Below, piece after piece: positions 19,461-30,700 of a stretch of DNA of 64,000 nucleotides. The first letter of the stretch is position 1. Every line of letters begins with the position of its first letter. The stretch spans positions 464,414 to 528,413 of the forward strand of contig DAIOHD010000001.1 in the NCBI GenBank assembly GCA_036744835.1. Reading direction: 5' to 3'. This stretch comes from Candidatus Magasanikiibacteriota bacterium (lineage in GTDB: Bacteria; Patescibacteriota; Patescibacteriia; Magasanikbacterales; GWA2-37-8). Made by a program: the position numbers and the translations under genes. The notes below the pieces were generated by a model that was given only the letters and a program-made list of their open reading frames with translations, was not told the origin of the DNA and did not search any database.

Positions 19461-20132
19461 CTATTTATTTACCTTAGCAATACAAATTATTGATGGCTGA
19501 AAAATTTTAGGTAAAGTTTTGACAGGATAAAGAAAATGCAAAAATCCTATTTTGCTTTTTTGTCCCAACGTCAATTTTTTCATCTTAATAAAAGAAACAT
19601 CAAACCCTTGATTCTCTAACTTTTTTTTAAGTGTTTTATGTGATTGTGAAGAAACATGAAGATCGTCATTTTTTCTTGAAAAAAAATTAAACAATCTTTC
19701 AACTATTAAATTCGGTGTGGAAAAAATATAAAAACCTTTTGGTTTCAAGATTCTCTTGACTTCATCAAAATGTCTTTCCAACTTTGGTAAATGTTCAATT
19801 AACTCACTACTTACAACAATATTATAAGAATTATCTTGTAAATTAATGTTTTCTGCATCAATTTCATTTAAAACAATCCCGTTGATTTCGCGAGCCAACA
19901 AAATATTTTGTGGATTAAAATCACTACCGTCAATATTAAATCCTTGCTTTGTTAACTCTTTAACTAAAAATCCCCTACCCGAACCAAGTTCTAATATTTT
20001 AATATTACTTTTATCTTGAAAATTTTCTAGATATTCTATCAAAGAATCCTGTTTAGTTCTCCATTTTTGGATTATATCTGAACCAGTGTTTTTTTGAACA
20101 AGATTAGAATATTTTTCCTTAAAATTATTCAT
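19461..20132 (-). CDS. class I SAM-dependent methyltransferase
   Basis: ILELGSGRGFLVKEL. Confidence 0.6.
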   Translation of the reverse strand: MNNFKEKYSNLVQKNTGSDIIQKWRTKQDSLIEYLENFQDKSNIKILELGSGRGFLVKELTKQGFNIDGSDFNPQNILLAREINGIVLNEIDAENINLQDNSYNIVVSSELIEHLPKLERHFDEVKRILKPKGFYIFSTPNLIVERLFNFFSRKNDDLHVSSQSHKTLKKKLENQGFDVSFIKMKKLTLGQKSKIGFLHFLYPVKTLPKIFQPSIICIAKVNK

Positions 20133-21240
20133 AAATTTGTGAATATTTTTTTACCACAAAATTCCAACTCATTTTCTCTGCTTTTTGCCTACTGACTATT
20201 TTCATTTTTTCTAGTAATCCCCTACTATTATAAAATTTCTCTAAAGCATTATAAATTTCTTCCTCGCTATTTTTGTCCACTATTATACCATTTTCTTCGT
20301 TAATGAGCTCTTTAGAACCTCCGACGTCCGTTGTTATTATAGCCAATCCGGATGCCATGGCTTCAAGCACAGAATTGCTCATACCTTCGTTCAAAGAAGG
20401 TAAAACAAACACATCGGCTCGTTGATAAATTTTAGGTAAATTTTTATGTTCAACTGAACCAAAAAACTCTACTTTTTTATCTAATCCGGCAACTTTTATT
20501 TTATTTACAAATTCTTCTTTTAAATCCCCATCACCAACAATAAGTAGCCGACTATTTTTATATTTTCTCTCAAAATCAACAAACGCTTCAATTAAATATT
20601 TAATTCCTTTTCTTTTAATCAAACGCGAAGTGGAAATAATAACAAATTCACCATTGTCTTTTGTAACAGGAAAAAATTGTGCCGTATCTACTCCGTTATA
20701 AATAACAGAAATTTCTTGGTGTGGTGTTATTTTTAAAGCCAGATCTTTAAGTCCTTGAGAATTAGCGATTATGGCCTTAGATCTTTTCCAAATTTCTTTA
20801 CTTAATCGTTTAAAAAATAATTTATCTAACCAATAAAATCTTTTATTATAAAAAGGGACATCCGAACCACGCAAACTAACAATATAAGGAATTTTTAATT
20901 TCATCGCAATGTATCCGCAAGGAATCCCAAAAAAAGCATGTACTAAATCAATTTTTTCTTCTTGCTTCAATTTTTTACAATAAAAATAAGCTTTTATCGA
21001 ATAAACTAGGAGATCTTTGATACTTTGGTAATGGAAATTTCCTTTTTTATTAATATCAAGATAATGAATACAAATATTATCACTAAATTGCTCAATTTTA
21101 AATTTATTAACTGAAGAGGTAACTAAATCAATCTTTAAATCGGGGTATTTCGCAAATTCTTTAAGTAGATAATGGGTAGCATTGCCTGCTCCCCCGCCAA
21201 GAGGCGGAAATTCATAATTTAATACAAGAATTTTTTTCAT
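20125..21240 (-). CDS. GT4 family glycosyltransferase
   Basis: EGMSNSVLEAMASGLAIITTDVGG (E-X7-E region). Confidence 0.7.
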   Translation of the reverse strand: MKKILVLNYEFPPLGGGAGNATHYLLKEFAKYPDLKIDLVTSSVNKFKIEQFSDNICIHYLDINKKGNFHYQSIKDLLVYSIKAYFYCKKLKQEEKIDLVHAFFGIPCGYIAMKLKIPYIVSLRGSDVPFYNKRFYWLDKLFFKRLSKEIWKRSKAIIANSQGLKDLALKITPHQEISVIYNGVDTAQFFPVTKDNGEFVIISTSRLIKRKGIKYLIEAFVDFERKYKNSRLLIVGDGDLKEEFVNKIKVAGLDKKVEFFGSVEHKNLPKIYQRADVFVLPSLNEGMSNSVLEAMASGLAIITTDVGGSKELINEENGIIVDKNSEEEIYNALEKFYNSRGLLEKMKIVSRQKAEKMSWNFVVKKYSQIYE

Positions 21241-21244
21241 GTTT

Positions 21245-22099
21245 TTATTTCTTTAATAAAACATTTGTTATCCCACATTCTACATTTTTTCCAAAAAACA
21301 TTGGATTTATTTTAACTTGTTCTATAGAAAAATTTTCTATCTCGCTGTTTATTAAAGACAAACCATTGTCTGCAAATACTTTTATGTAATCGTCATAACG
21401 CCAACGATTGGTGTAGGACACTCCTTCTTTGGTTAAATATTTATTCCAGGCATAATCTGAATATTTATAAAACAAAAAAGGAGAATTAAAATTATAATGA
21501 TCACGTAAATCAATGTGATGATACATATAACCACCCGATACCAAAATTTCTGCCAATTTTTTTATATTTTCCGTTATATTTTTTATGTGCTCAAAAACAC
21601 TGATGGAATAAATAAAATCAACACTGGTTTTGATATCGCTTTCCACAAGGTCTTTACTGATAAAAGTAATATACTCACTCTTAATATTATTACTTTTGTC
21701 TAGAAAAAATAAACTATCAATTTTGTATTTATTTTTTATATAATCAATCTCTTCTAAAAAATACTTCAGTTGTTTTTTTGTTTTTATTTGTCTAGGAAAT
21801 TTATCGATCAAAATGACTTTTTTTGATCCTTTTAATAAAAAATTATAAGCATTAATGTATGAATTACCTGGTCCCAATTCAAGAATTACCTTATCTTTCA
21901 AATTAATATTATTTTTTAAAATACATTCATACATCTTTTCAAATCTCCTGTCTAACTCAATAAAATTACTAGAATATAACTTCCAAAATAAAAATTTATT
22001 AAATATTTTACTAACAAACCCTAATTTACAATAACTAAATCGTATCGAAGCATCAAACTTGTCAAAAACAAAACTAGCAAACCTATTTTTAATTTGCAT
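21245..22099 (-). CDS. putative methyltransferase
   Basis: ILELGPGNSYINA motif I-like. Confidence 0.4.
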   Translation of the reverse strand: MQIKNRFASFVFDKFDASIRFSYCKLGFVSKIFNKFLFWKLYSSNFIELDRRFEKMYECILKNNINLKDKVILELGPGNSYINAYNFLLKGSKKVILIDKFPRQIKTKKQLKYFLEEIDYIKNKYKIDSLFFLDKSNNIKSEYITFISKDLVESDIKTSVDFIYSISVFEHIKNITENIKKLAEILVSGGYMYHHIDLRDHYNFNSPFLFYKYSDYAWNKYLTKEGVSYTNRWRYDDYIKVFADNGLSLINSEIENFSIEQVKINPMFFGKNVECGITNVLLKK

Positions 22100-23051
22100 A
22101 TTTATCTGTTTTGATTACTTCCCTAACATAATATCTTTTTTCCGTAGTTGAAGAATTAAACCTGATTTTCATAAGTAAACCGATAATTATACCAAAACTA
22201 AAAAACATTATTCCGGATAATAAAAAGAAAAATGTAACCAACGTCCAACCGTTTCTATTTAAACTCAAACCAAAAACCAATTTACCGTGGAGTGTCCAAA
22301 AACCGGAAAGACCGCCCAATAAAAATGAAATAAAACTTAAATAACCAAATAGATGAAGAGGTCTTTGTGAATATTTATTTAAAAACCAAATATAAATAAG
22401 ATCTATAAACCCTCTAATAGCTTTGGTACACCCATATTTACTTTCTCCTTTTACTCTCTGTCTATCATTTACAACCATTTCACCGATAGAAAAACCTTTC
22501 CAACGTAGCAAGGCGAGAATATAACGATGCATCTCCCCTTCAATATCTAGAGATTTTACCGCTTCTTTTTTATAAACCCGCAAAGAACAACCAGTATCGT
22601 GAACAATATCGCTGATAAATAATCTTCGCAGGCTTCTGCCGATTACAGTCAATATTCTAATACTCGCTTTATCTTGACGGTTTTTTCTCCAACCAGCAAC
22701 AACGTCCAGATTTTCTTCTTGTAGCTTCTTTAAAAGCACTGGAATGTCACTGGGATCATTTTGCCCGTCTCCATCCAGTGAAACCACCAAATCCCCTGTA
22801 CAGGCCTTAAAACCCGCATCAAAGGCCGTGGTTTGACCGTAATTGCGGTTAAAATTAATAATAGTAACGTTGGATAAGGACTTTAATTCGGAAAGTGAGT
22901 TATCTGTGCTTCCGTCGTTTATATAAATAATTTCAAAATTATCGGTTAATTTAGTAACCACTTCTTTGATTTCCCCGTCTAATTTTATAATATTCCCCTC
23001 TTCATTATAAATCGGAACGACCACAGATAAAGAGTTGATTTTGTTTTCCAT
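22089..23051 (-). CDS. GT2 polyprenyl-phosphate sugar transferase (GtrB/Ppm1/ArnC-like)
   Basis: VVVPIYNEE, YINDGSTDNS and DGDGQNDP motifs plus a C-terminal two-TM anchor. Confidence 0.7.
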   Translation of the reverse strand: MENKINSLSVVVPIYNEEGNIIKLDGEIKEVVTKLTDNFEIIYINDGSTDNSLSELKSLSNVTIINFNRNYGQTTAFDAGFKACTGDLVVSLDGDGQNDPSDIPVLLKKLQEENLDVVAGWRKNRQDKASIRILTVIGRSLRRLFISDIVHDTGCSLRVYKKEAVKSLDIEGEMHRYILALLRWKGFSIGEMVVNDRQRVKGESKYGCTKAIRGFIDLIYIWFLNKYSQRPLHLFGYLSFISFLLGGLSGFWTLHGKLVFGLSLNRNGWTLVTFFFLLSGIMFFSFGIIIGLLMKIRFNSSTTEKRYYVREVIKTDKYAN

Positions 23052-23199
23052 AAATTTGACTTTTTATTTAATACAAAAAATCTCCTCTTTCTCATGTTTT
23101 CAGGGAAGATTTTTCTCTTCAAACTATAACAAAAATCACGATTTTATGCAATATAACAAAAACGACCCGGTTGAGACGAGTCGTTTTTATATTTATGCT

Positions 23200-23862
23200 T
23201 TATTTCTTCTTTTTCCCTAGTGCTTTTTTCGTAGCCACTTTTTTTACTGCCTTAACTTCCTTTTTAACCTCTACAACTTTTTTTGGAGCAGCGATTTCTT
23301 TTTTAACTTCAGGTTTTATAGTTTTTTCTACAGGAGCGTTTGGAGCTAAGATTTTCATCAAACGATCGAGTTTGACGTGTAAACCTTTGACTTCAGCCAT
23401 GAGCTCTCCGGAATCTTTACTACCACCTTTTTTATCAAAACAGTTATCACAGAAAACATCTTTGCCTTGCATTGGTTTGAAAGGCACTTGGCATTTCTCA
23501 CCACATTTAGCGCAAACTGCATCGTGCATTCCACCTCTGTCTTCAAAGCGAGGTCTCTCTCGTCTTTCTCCTCTATCGCCACCTCCGAAAGAACCACGAC
23601 TTGGTCTATCAGAACCTCCGCCTTGTTTTTCAAAACAAGAACTGCAGAAAACAGGTCTGCTACCAGTCGGTCTAAAAGGAATTTCACAATCCTTACCACA
23701 TTCACTGCAAGTAGCCTGGTGCATTTGAGGACGACCTCCGTCCCTACCACCAAAACCACCTCGACCACCGCTAAATCCACCTCTGTTACCACCACCGAAG
23801 GATCTTCCTCCTCCGCCGAATGATCTACCACCCGGTCTTTTTGCTCGATTAAAATCTCCCAT
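23200..23862 (-). CDS. RGG-box protein with two CxxC-x17-CxxC zinc ribbons and a Lys-rich tail
   Basis: GGRSFGGGGRSFGGGNRGGFSGGRGGFGGRDGG; CSECGKDCEIPFRPTGSRPVFCSSC and CAKCGEKCQVPFKPMQGKDVFCDNC; C-terminal KKEVKAVKKVATKKALGKKKK. GC-rich, so three shadow ORFs overlap it. Confidence 0.55.
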   Translation of the reverse strand: MGDFNRAKRPGGRSFGGGGRSFGGGNRGGFSGGRGGFGGRDGGRPQMHQATCSECGKDCEIPFRPTGSRPVFCSSCFEKQGGGSDRPSRGSFGGGDRGERRERPRFEDRGGMHDAVCAKCGEKCQVPFKPMQGKDVFCDNCFDKKGGSKDSGELMAEVKGLHVKLDRLMKILAPNAPVEKTIKPEVKKEIAAPKKVVEVKKEVKAVKKVATKKALGKKKK

Positions 23863-24072
23863 ACGATATAGATTAAATTTTTAATTTTTAATTTAAAATT
23901 TTTAATTAATTTTTAAATCCCAATTTTCAATAATGCAACTTCATGGAAATTGGAGACTTTTTACATTTTAGCATACTTAAGCAAAAAAAGCAAGGTTTAG
24001 CTCTATTGCTTAAAAAGTAAAATTATTTTATCATACCTACAATCTATAATAAAATCTGAAATCATAAATTTT

Positions 24073-24570
24073 ATGCAGGTTCCTCATCGCAAACCCGGAA
24101 TTTATACTCACCAAAAACCCGATCCCTTCATTACACAGGGACGTTTTGACGAACTTACAGCTAAACTGAAAAGATTAAAACAAAATAAATTGCCGGCCAT
24201 GGAGGAAGTAAAGCGTTTGGCGCAAACCGGGGACTTTTCTGAGAACCACGCTTATCAACACGCCAAAGGACGTCTTCGTGGAATAAATCAAAGAATTTTG
24301 GACATTGAAAGTGAGTTAAATAAAGCTCAAATCATAGACACAAAAAAACACAGCGAAACAGTGACATTAGGAAGCTTTGTTACCCTAGAAACCGCTGGTA
24401 AAGCCCGAATTTATCAAATTTTGGGCTCTACACAAGCTGATCCGATAAAAGGAATAATTTCACACCATTCCCCGCTCGGGAGTGCTCTGATGGGCAAAAG
24501 TGTTGGAGATGAGATTGAATTAAAACTAGAAGATAAAGTGGTGAAATATGAGATAATAAAAATAGCATAA
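24073..24570 (+). CDS. greA: transcription elongation factor GreA
   Basis: GDFSENHAYQHAKGRLRGINQRILDIESEL and a C-terminal FKBP-like domain. Confidence 0.8.
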   Translation: MQVPHRKPGIYTHQKPDPFITQGRFDELTAKLKRLKQNKLPAMEEVKRLAQTGDFSENHAYQHAKGRLRGINQRILDIESELNKAQIIDTKKHSETVTLGSFVTLETAGKARIYQILGSTQADPIKGIISHHSPLGSALMGKSVGDEIELKLEDKVVKYEIIKIA

Positions 24571-24574
24571 AGGA

Positions 24575-24700
24575 TAAACTCCACCCCACCCCTCCTCTTG
24601 AATAAGAGGAGGGAGGTTTCCCTCTCTTCTATTAAGAGAGGGATTAAGGGAGAGTCAAAAAGACCCGCTTCGTCAGCGAGTCTTTTTTTGTATTGAGATT
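24575..24700. terminator. bidirectional terminator region: twin CCUCCUCUU/AAGAGGAGG hairpins plus a U-flanked hairpin between greA and the giant gene
   Basis: cctcctctt-gaat-aagaggagg; ccctctctt-ctatt-aagagaggg; aaaagaccCGCttcgtcaGCGagtcttttttt (short CGC/GCG stem, weak). Confidence 0.55.
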
Positions 24701-27700
24701 TAGAATCCTATCCTGGAAGTATACGCCAGTATTTTGGAAATTATAGTTTCTCCAAGAGCAAACCCGGACATGATAGTTGACGGTAAAGTTCGCACATAAG
24801 AGGTTTTGATATTGTTTTCCAACATCCCCAAAGCGGTTATTTCGCGCAAAGTTTTATCTTCATCTACAAAATAATTTCTTCCGCCGATTTTAGCAAGCAT
24901 CCCCGGATAAACCGTAGCTTGAGTGATGCTTTCGGAACTCTTCACATAATATGGCCATTCGGACAAGCCGATAGTTTTGGCTTTGAATTTATCACCAAAA
25001 ATAGTTTTGGCTGCAGATAGAGTGATTGGGTATAGAGTACTGTTCAAACCAACCACATACAATTTATCCGAACTTAGATATTTTACTACTTCCGAACCAG
25101 GACGATAAAACACATGATAAGGAGCTTCCATTGGTTGACTCAAACTATCAAAACAACTTTGCGTAATAGATTTATAATATTTGGAATAATTATCATCCGC
25201 ATTCCAAGATTTGAAAACATCACCATCGGAGAAATATCGATAATTCATGTTATTGTCAAGCACATAGATAGCCGGTTTGCCCTCAACTTTGATCATATCT
25301 CCAGGAGCCAAAATACTACAAGTATCTCCGACTGCAAAGGTTGATGTACTGACAGCATCCGGACTATAAGTAATACTGGAAAGATAAGTGTTGGTCATAC
25401 CACCATTGGAGGATCGGAACATCGCGTAAATAGTTTTTCTACCATTATTTGAAGAAAGGGTAAAACTTTTGGTAATAGCGTATTTTTCCCAAGTCGTATC
25501 AATAAAACTGGATTTTTCTGAAACTACCATTTCTGTAGCATTGGCAACATTGAAACTTACACTCACCGCTCGTTCCTTGGTGATAAGTGCGCCACCATTA
25601 ATCACTACCGGATTTCTACCAACTGTCGGGATAGTTAAAACAGGAGCCACGACAACAATCGGTGTACTACCGCCGCCACCACCGCCTCCGCCGCCACCAC
25701 CAACATAAGTTTGAGTGTAAGCGATGTAATCAGTAAAGTGCTTGGTCCAAATTACCAAATCAGAACCAACATTTATCCTACAATCACCTCCGGCAGATAG
25801 AGCATCTCCAACTACCTGAGTATCAGCGCTACAAGTAGCAGTAATTTTAGTGAAAGTTGTTCCGCGATAATAACCGGCAAGATATCCTGATTTACCAGGC
25901 ATCAAAATCCTGACTGCTTTATCAAAATTCAAAGCTGTGTCACCAAAGCCAAGAGATATTACCGTATTTACAGTTGCGCTATAACCGGAATCAGGAGTTA
26001 CCGATACAGAGCTGGTAGCTTCGATAATTGGTAAAGAGATAGTACCGTTCCAGGTGCTTGTTGGAGTTGTGACAGTCATACCAGCTGGGAAAGTTACTTG
26101 AACAATACCGATAGTTGTTGAAACATTAACAGTGATCGAACCGGGAATGGCACCAACTGTAGATGTGGTAGAAGTAGCACTAGTTGCCGAAATATCTAAA
26201 TATATTGTAGTTGTAATACTGTCTGATACAGTGACTGTGGAAGTTGCTGTACTGTTATCACCGATTAAAATAATTGGTGTAGTCGTATTACCCTGAGTAG
26301 AGGTTGTTAGATTTTGCTCATCCGAACCAACTGATAAAACCCAGACTGTTCTGGTGGTAGAAGCGGTGTTGGAAGAACCATCGGTTGCAGAATAAACAAC
26401 ATAATATGTTCCCGTGACGTTAGTATTGACTGGGTTAGTAACATCAACTGTTGTAGTACCGTAAACAGCATCATAAGCGGTAGCGCCAAAATCTGTATAA
26501 ACCGTACCTACATAAATCTTCATATCCTCGCCTATTTTGGTAATAACCGGAGGAGTTGTGTCTGGACCAACTTTACCGGCTTCAAAGGTATCAATAGCAT
26601 TTTGTAAAGTGATCACTTCAGCATCTACTGTGGCTTGTGAAGAAGTGTTAGTTACTCCTTGAGCATGAACAATTGCTGTATTCAATGTTGTTTTGGAACC
26701 AACAGCATATTGACCGGGCAAAGTTCCTTCTACAGCACTACCATAAATAATGGTCGCAGTAGCGATTTTTGCATCAAGAGATGAAGTGTTGGACAACGGT
26801 ACTTTACTGGCTTCAAAAATATCAATAGCTCCTTGCAAAGTAGTTACTTCAGCATCTACCGTAGATTGTGAAGAAGTATTGGTAACTCCTTGAGCGTGGA
26901 CAATAGCTATATTGAAAGTAGTTTTGGACCCCGCAATATAATTTATCAATGGAATATCACCTTCAACCGCTGCATCATAAGTACTGGTAGCTACGGCAAT
27001 TTTAGTATCAAGTGCGGACACATCAGATAGTCCTACTTTGCTGGCTTCAAAATTATCTATGGCGTCTTGTAAATCAATAACCGCTTGGTCAATGGTTGCT
27101 TGAGAAGAGGTATTGGTATAACTTTGCGCGGTTTCAATTTCCGGTAAAAATATTGCTTTGGATCCTGAAACATAATGTACAATCGGGATATCACCTTCAA
27201 CCGCTGTATCATAAGTGCTGGTAGCTATAGCGATTTTAGCATCAAGTGCGGACATATCAGATAACGGGATTACACTATCTATGAAATCACTTTCTGCTTG
27301 TTGTAAATTTAAAACTGCTCCATCAACTTCCGATTGTAAAGAAGTACTGGTATAACCCTCTGCTATTTGAATCGCTGATAAAAATGTATTTTTTGAACTG
27401 GTAGTATATTGTCCTGGTAAGGTTCCGGTTACCGCCACATTGTACATAGCGGTGGCAGTAGCAATTTCAGCATTTAATTCTGTCATATCCGCATAAGGAG
27501 CGATGTTCACAATGTATACTTTTTGTGTTCCATTTTCCGCAGTCACAGTATAATTTACCGAATTGGTAAAATTTTGAGATACATCGCTTTCCGGATTTAT
27601 TGTCGCCAAAGAGCTTTCCAATTCTATGCTTGGAGTCAAAGAAGTAACAACTGTACCGGTCGAAACACGTATATCAATAGTGGAGGTAATTCCTTCATTT

Positions 27701-30700
27701 ATTGTCCCATAGATAGTACCCTCTGTCGGTAAATAAATAGAAAAATTCTTGATATTATTATTGGAACTAGAAACTACGGTTAATGTGGCAATAGAAGGAT
27801 CGGAAACGTTGTCATATTGATCAATGAGATAAAGATAATAAATACCGGTACCAAACGGAACATCCACAAGAGTACTTGTCCCAAATTCATCATCAGAAAC
27901 ACGCATATAGTCACCTTTTGCAAACTGATCCGCAGAAGTTAATTCCGTTGAAGTGGCGAACCAAATATGACTATTTGGCAAACCAGAAGGGTTGATGACA
28001 ATTTGTACTGTATCTCCTGTTTTTTCACTAGTAGTATCTAATGGGAATACAGTATCTTGATTATATGGCCTAACAAAAAGTATAGCATCAGAAGGTTCGG
28101 AAACTCCGGTTTCATTATTTATAACATAAAGACGATAAGCACCAGAAATATCTGGAGCTTCTATAGTAGTAGAAGTTCCAACCGCCATAGTCATAGTCGC
28201 ACTTACTGCAAATGAAGAAGTAGTATAACTGACAGAATATGGAGCAAACCAAATAAAGTTTTCCGAAGCGGTAGAGGTGGTCAAAGGGATTATAGAATAC
28301 CATTCAACAGTACTTGAAACAGTAAAAAGTTCGTTTTGATCAGTAGGGGCCGGAGAATTAATAACGTTGATTTCCCTAAGATTTGCATCTGCACAATTGC
28401 CCGCTGTATCGCAAACCTGATAAACAATATAAAAAGTACCGGTGTTATTTGTATTAACGAAATTTATATATCCCTCAGGTAACTTTGCTGACCTAACTAT
28501 GTCAGATGATACATCTCCGTCAATATCATCTATAGCCGTAGCGCCAGCATCAACATAATTACTATTTTGATAAACAGTGGTAGTAGCTTCTCCAATCAAA
28601 GAAATTACCGGAGGGGTGTTGTCTACTGTTAGGGAAGCTATAGAATGAGTGGAAACATTGCCCACTATATCTACAATATAAATATAATAAATTCCTTCGT
28701 CACTTGGAACATTCATCCCTGTATAAGTACCGTCATAGGCCTTAGTCATAGTCGCACATTCATAAAATTGTTCCTGAGTAGTTAATCCGTCCGGAGCAAA
28801 CCAAACATTATTATCGGCATTACCAGAAGAGTTTATCTCGACCCAATTACCGCCAGAGATAATTTTTGACACTGGAAATACTACATCTTGAATTTCAGCG
28901 GTAAATACCGATACGGTATATTCTTTGGTAGTAACTTCGTCTTCAGCAGTTACCGTATAAATTTGCGGATTAGTAAAATCTTTTGGCAAACCGTCATTTT
29001 CCGGATATATAGTTGTTGATAAATATTTGCTTAGTTGTATTTCAGGTGTTAATGAACCTCTATCCGTTCCTAACGGCAAGTAACAATTGATATTAGCATC
29101 GGAAATATTACATTTATAATATGTGCTTGAAACAGTAAAACCAAAATTATCAATATTGGTACTATTGCTTGATAATATTGTCCAAGTAGCCAAAGATTGA
29201 TCGGAAACATTATTGTTTTTATCAATAATGTAAAGGTGATAGGTGCCGGTGGCTATAGGCGCCCAAGCTTGTCCCCCCATACCATCATCACCTTGATAAA
29301 AATTTCTCATATTTAAGGACTCTTCAAACTGCACACTAGAGGTTAGGCCAGCTGGAGCAAACCAGACATTGCTATATGGTAATCCTACAGGATTGATATT
29401 TATTAAAATATCCCCACCTGTTCGTATCGTGGAAGTTGAATTCGGAAAAACTTCATCTTGATTATCTGGTCCAAGCACAGTTAAAATCGCATTTGATGGA
29501 TCGGAAACATTACCATATAATATATCATCAACGACATACAAACGATAATTACCAGCTTTATTTGGAGCCTTAATCACATAATCTTCTTTCCAGCCACCTT
29601 TGGTCATATAATCATCTTCCACAAATTGTTCAACAGAAGTCATACCTTCCGGCGCAAACCACGCATTACCAACCCATCCTTCTATAGGGATAGTTATAGC
29701 AACATTTTCTCCAGGCAAACTACTGGTAGAAACTGGTAAAAATTCATTCTGTTTTAGTGTTTTTGTGACAGTAACCGAAGCATCCGATGGTCCAAAAATA
29801 TCGCCGACATTATTTATAACATAAACAAAATATTCTCCAACTCGTCCGGGAGCATCCATACCGGTATTTTGCCCGTTATCAGTTTTAGTGGTTGTCACAC
29901 CATTCAAATCAAACTGTTCTGTGGAGGTTAAACCGGCTGGAGCTAACCAAACTTGATTATCAAAATTACCGGAAGAATTAATATTAATCCAGCGATTTTC
30001 CGGATAAACAGTTTTGAAAGCCGGTAAAACTAAATTTTCAATATCTTCTTCAATTTCCACAGTCACTATATATTGTTTTATATCTCCACTTTCCGCTGTA
30101 ACTGTATAAACTACTGGATTAGTGAAATCTTGTTCAACCCCCTCTTCCGGACTAACTGTAGAATTAGTTCCTTTGGGGAAACTAATACTGGGAGACAAGT
30201 GTGTAACATCAATCTCTGGATCGTTTGGAATATAAACTTTGATGGTCGGACTCGGAGTAGCGGTTTCATCAATAACCCCCAAAATATCTCCGGTAAAATA
30301 AGAAGTTGAAAAATAAAAGTAAAAATTCCGAATACTATTATTCGCACTTGGTAAAATAGTCAAAGTAGATGTAGAAGCTTCGGAAACATTTCCGTATTCA
30401 TCAATCACATAAAAATAATATGTTCCTGTGGCAATGTTAAAATTAAAATTTATTTGATCTCCCATCGGACCAAGCATCCCCAAAGAAGTGGTAGGGCCAT
30501 CTTGGATAAAATCCGAAGAAGACACCATTCCCGCTGGTGCAAACCAAAACTGCATTTTCTCGTTTACGCTTGGATCAGATACTAAAACTAAATTTACATA
30601 ATTATAAGTGCTGGTAGATTCGGTAAATATTAAATTTTGATTTGTCGGGCCGGTGACGGTCAAAGTAGCATCAGAAGGATCGGAAAGCGCCACAGCTCCT

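Noticed and set aside
23171-23831. ORFs 23171..23728(+), 23358..23831(-) and 23467..23823(+)
   Set aside because: They are low-complexity shadow frames of the GC-rich RGG/zinc-ribbon gene (Ser/Thr/Val-rich nonsense).
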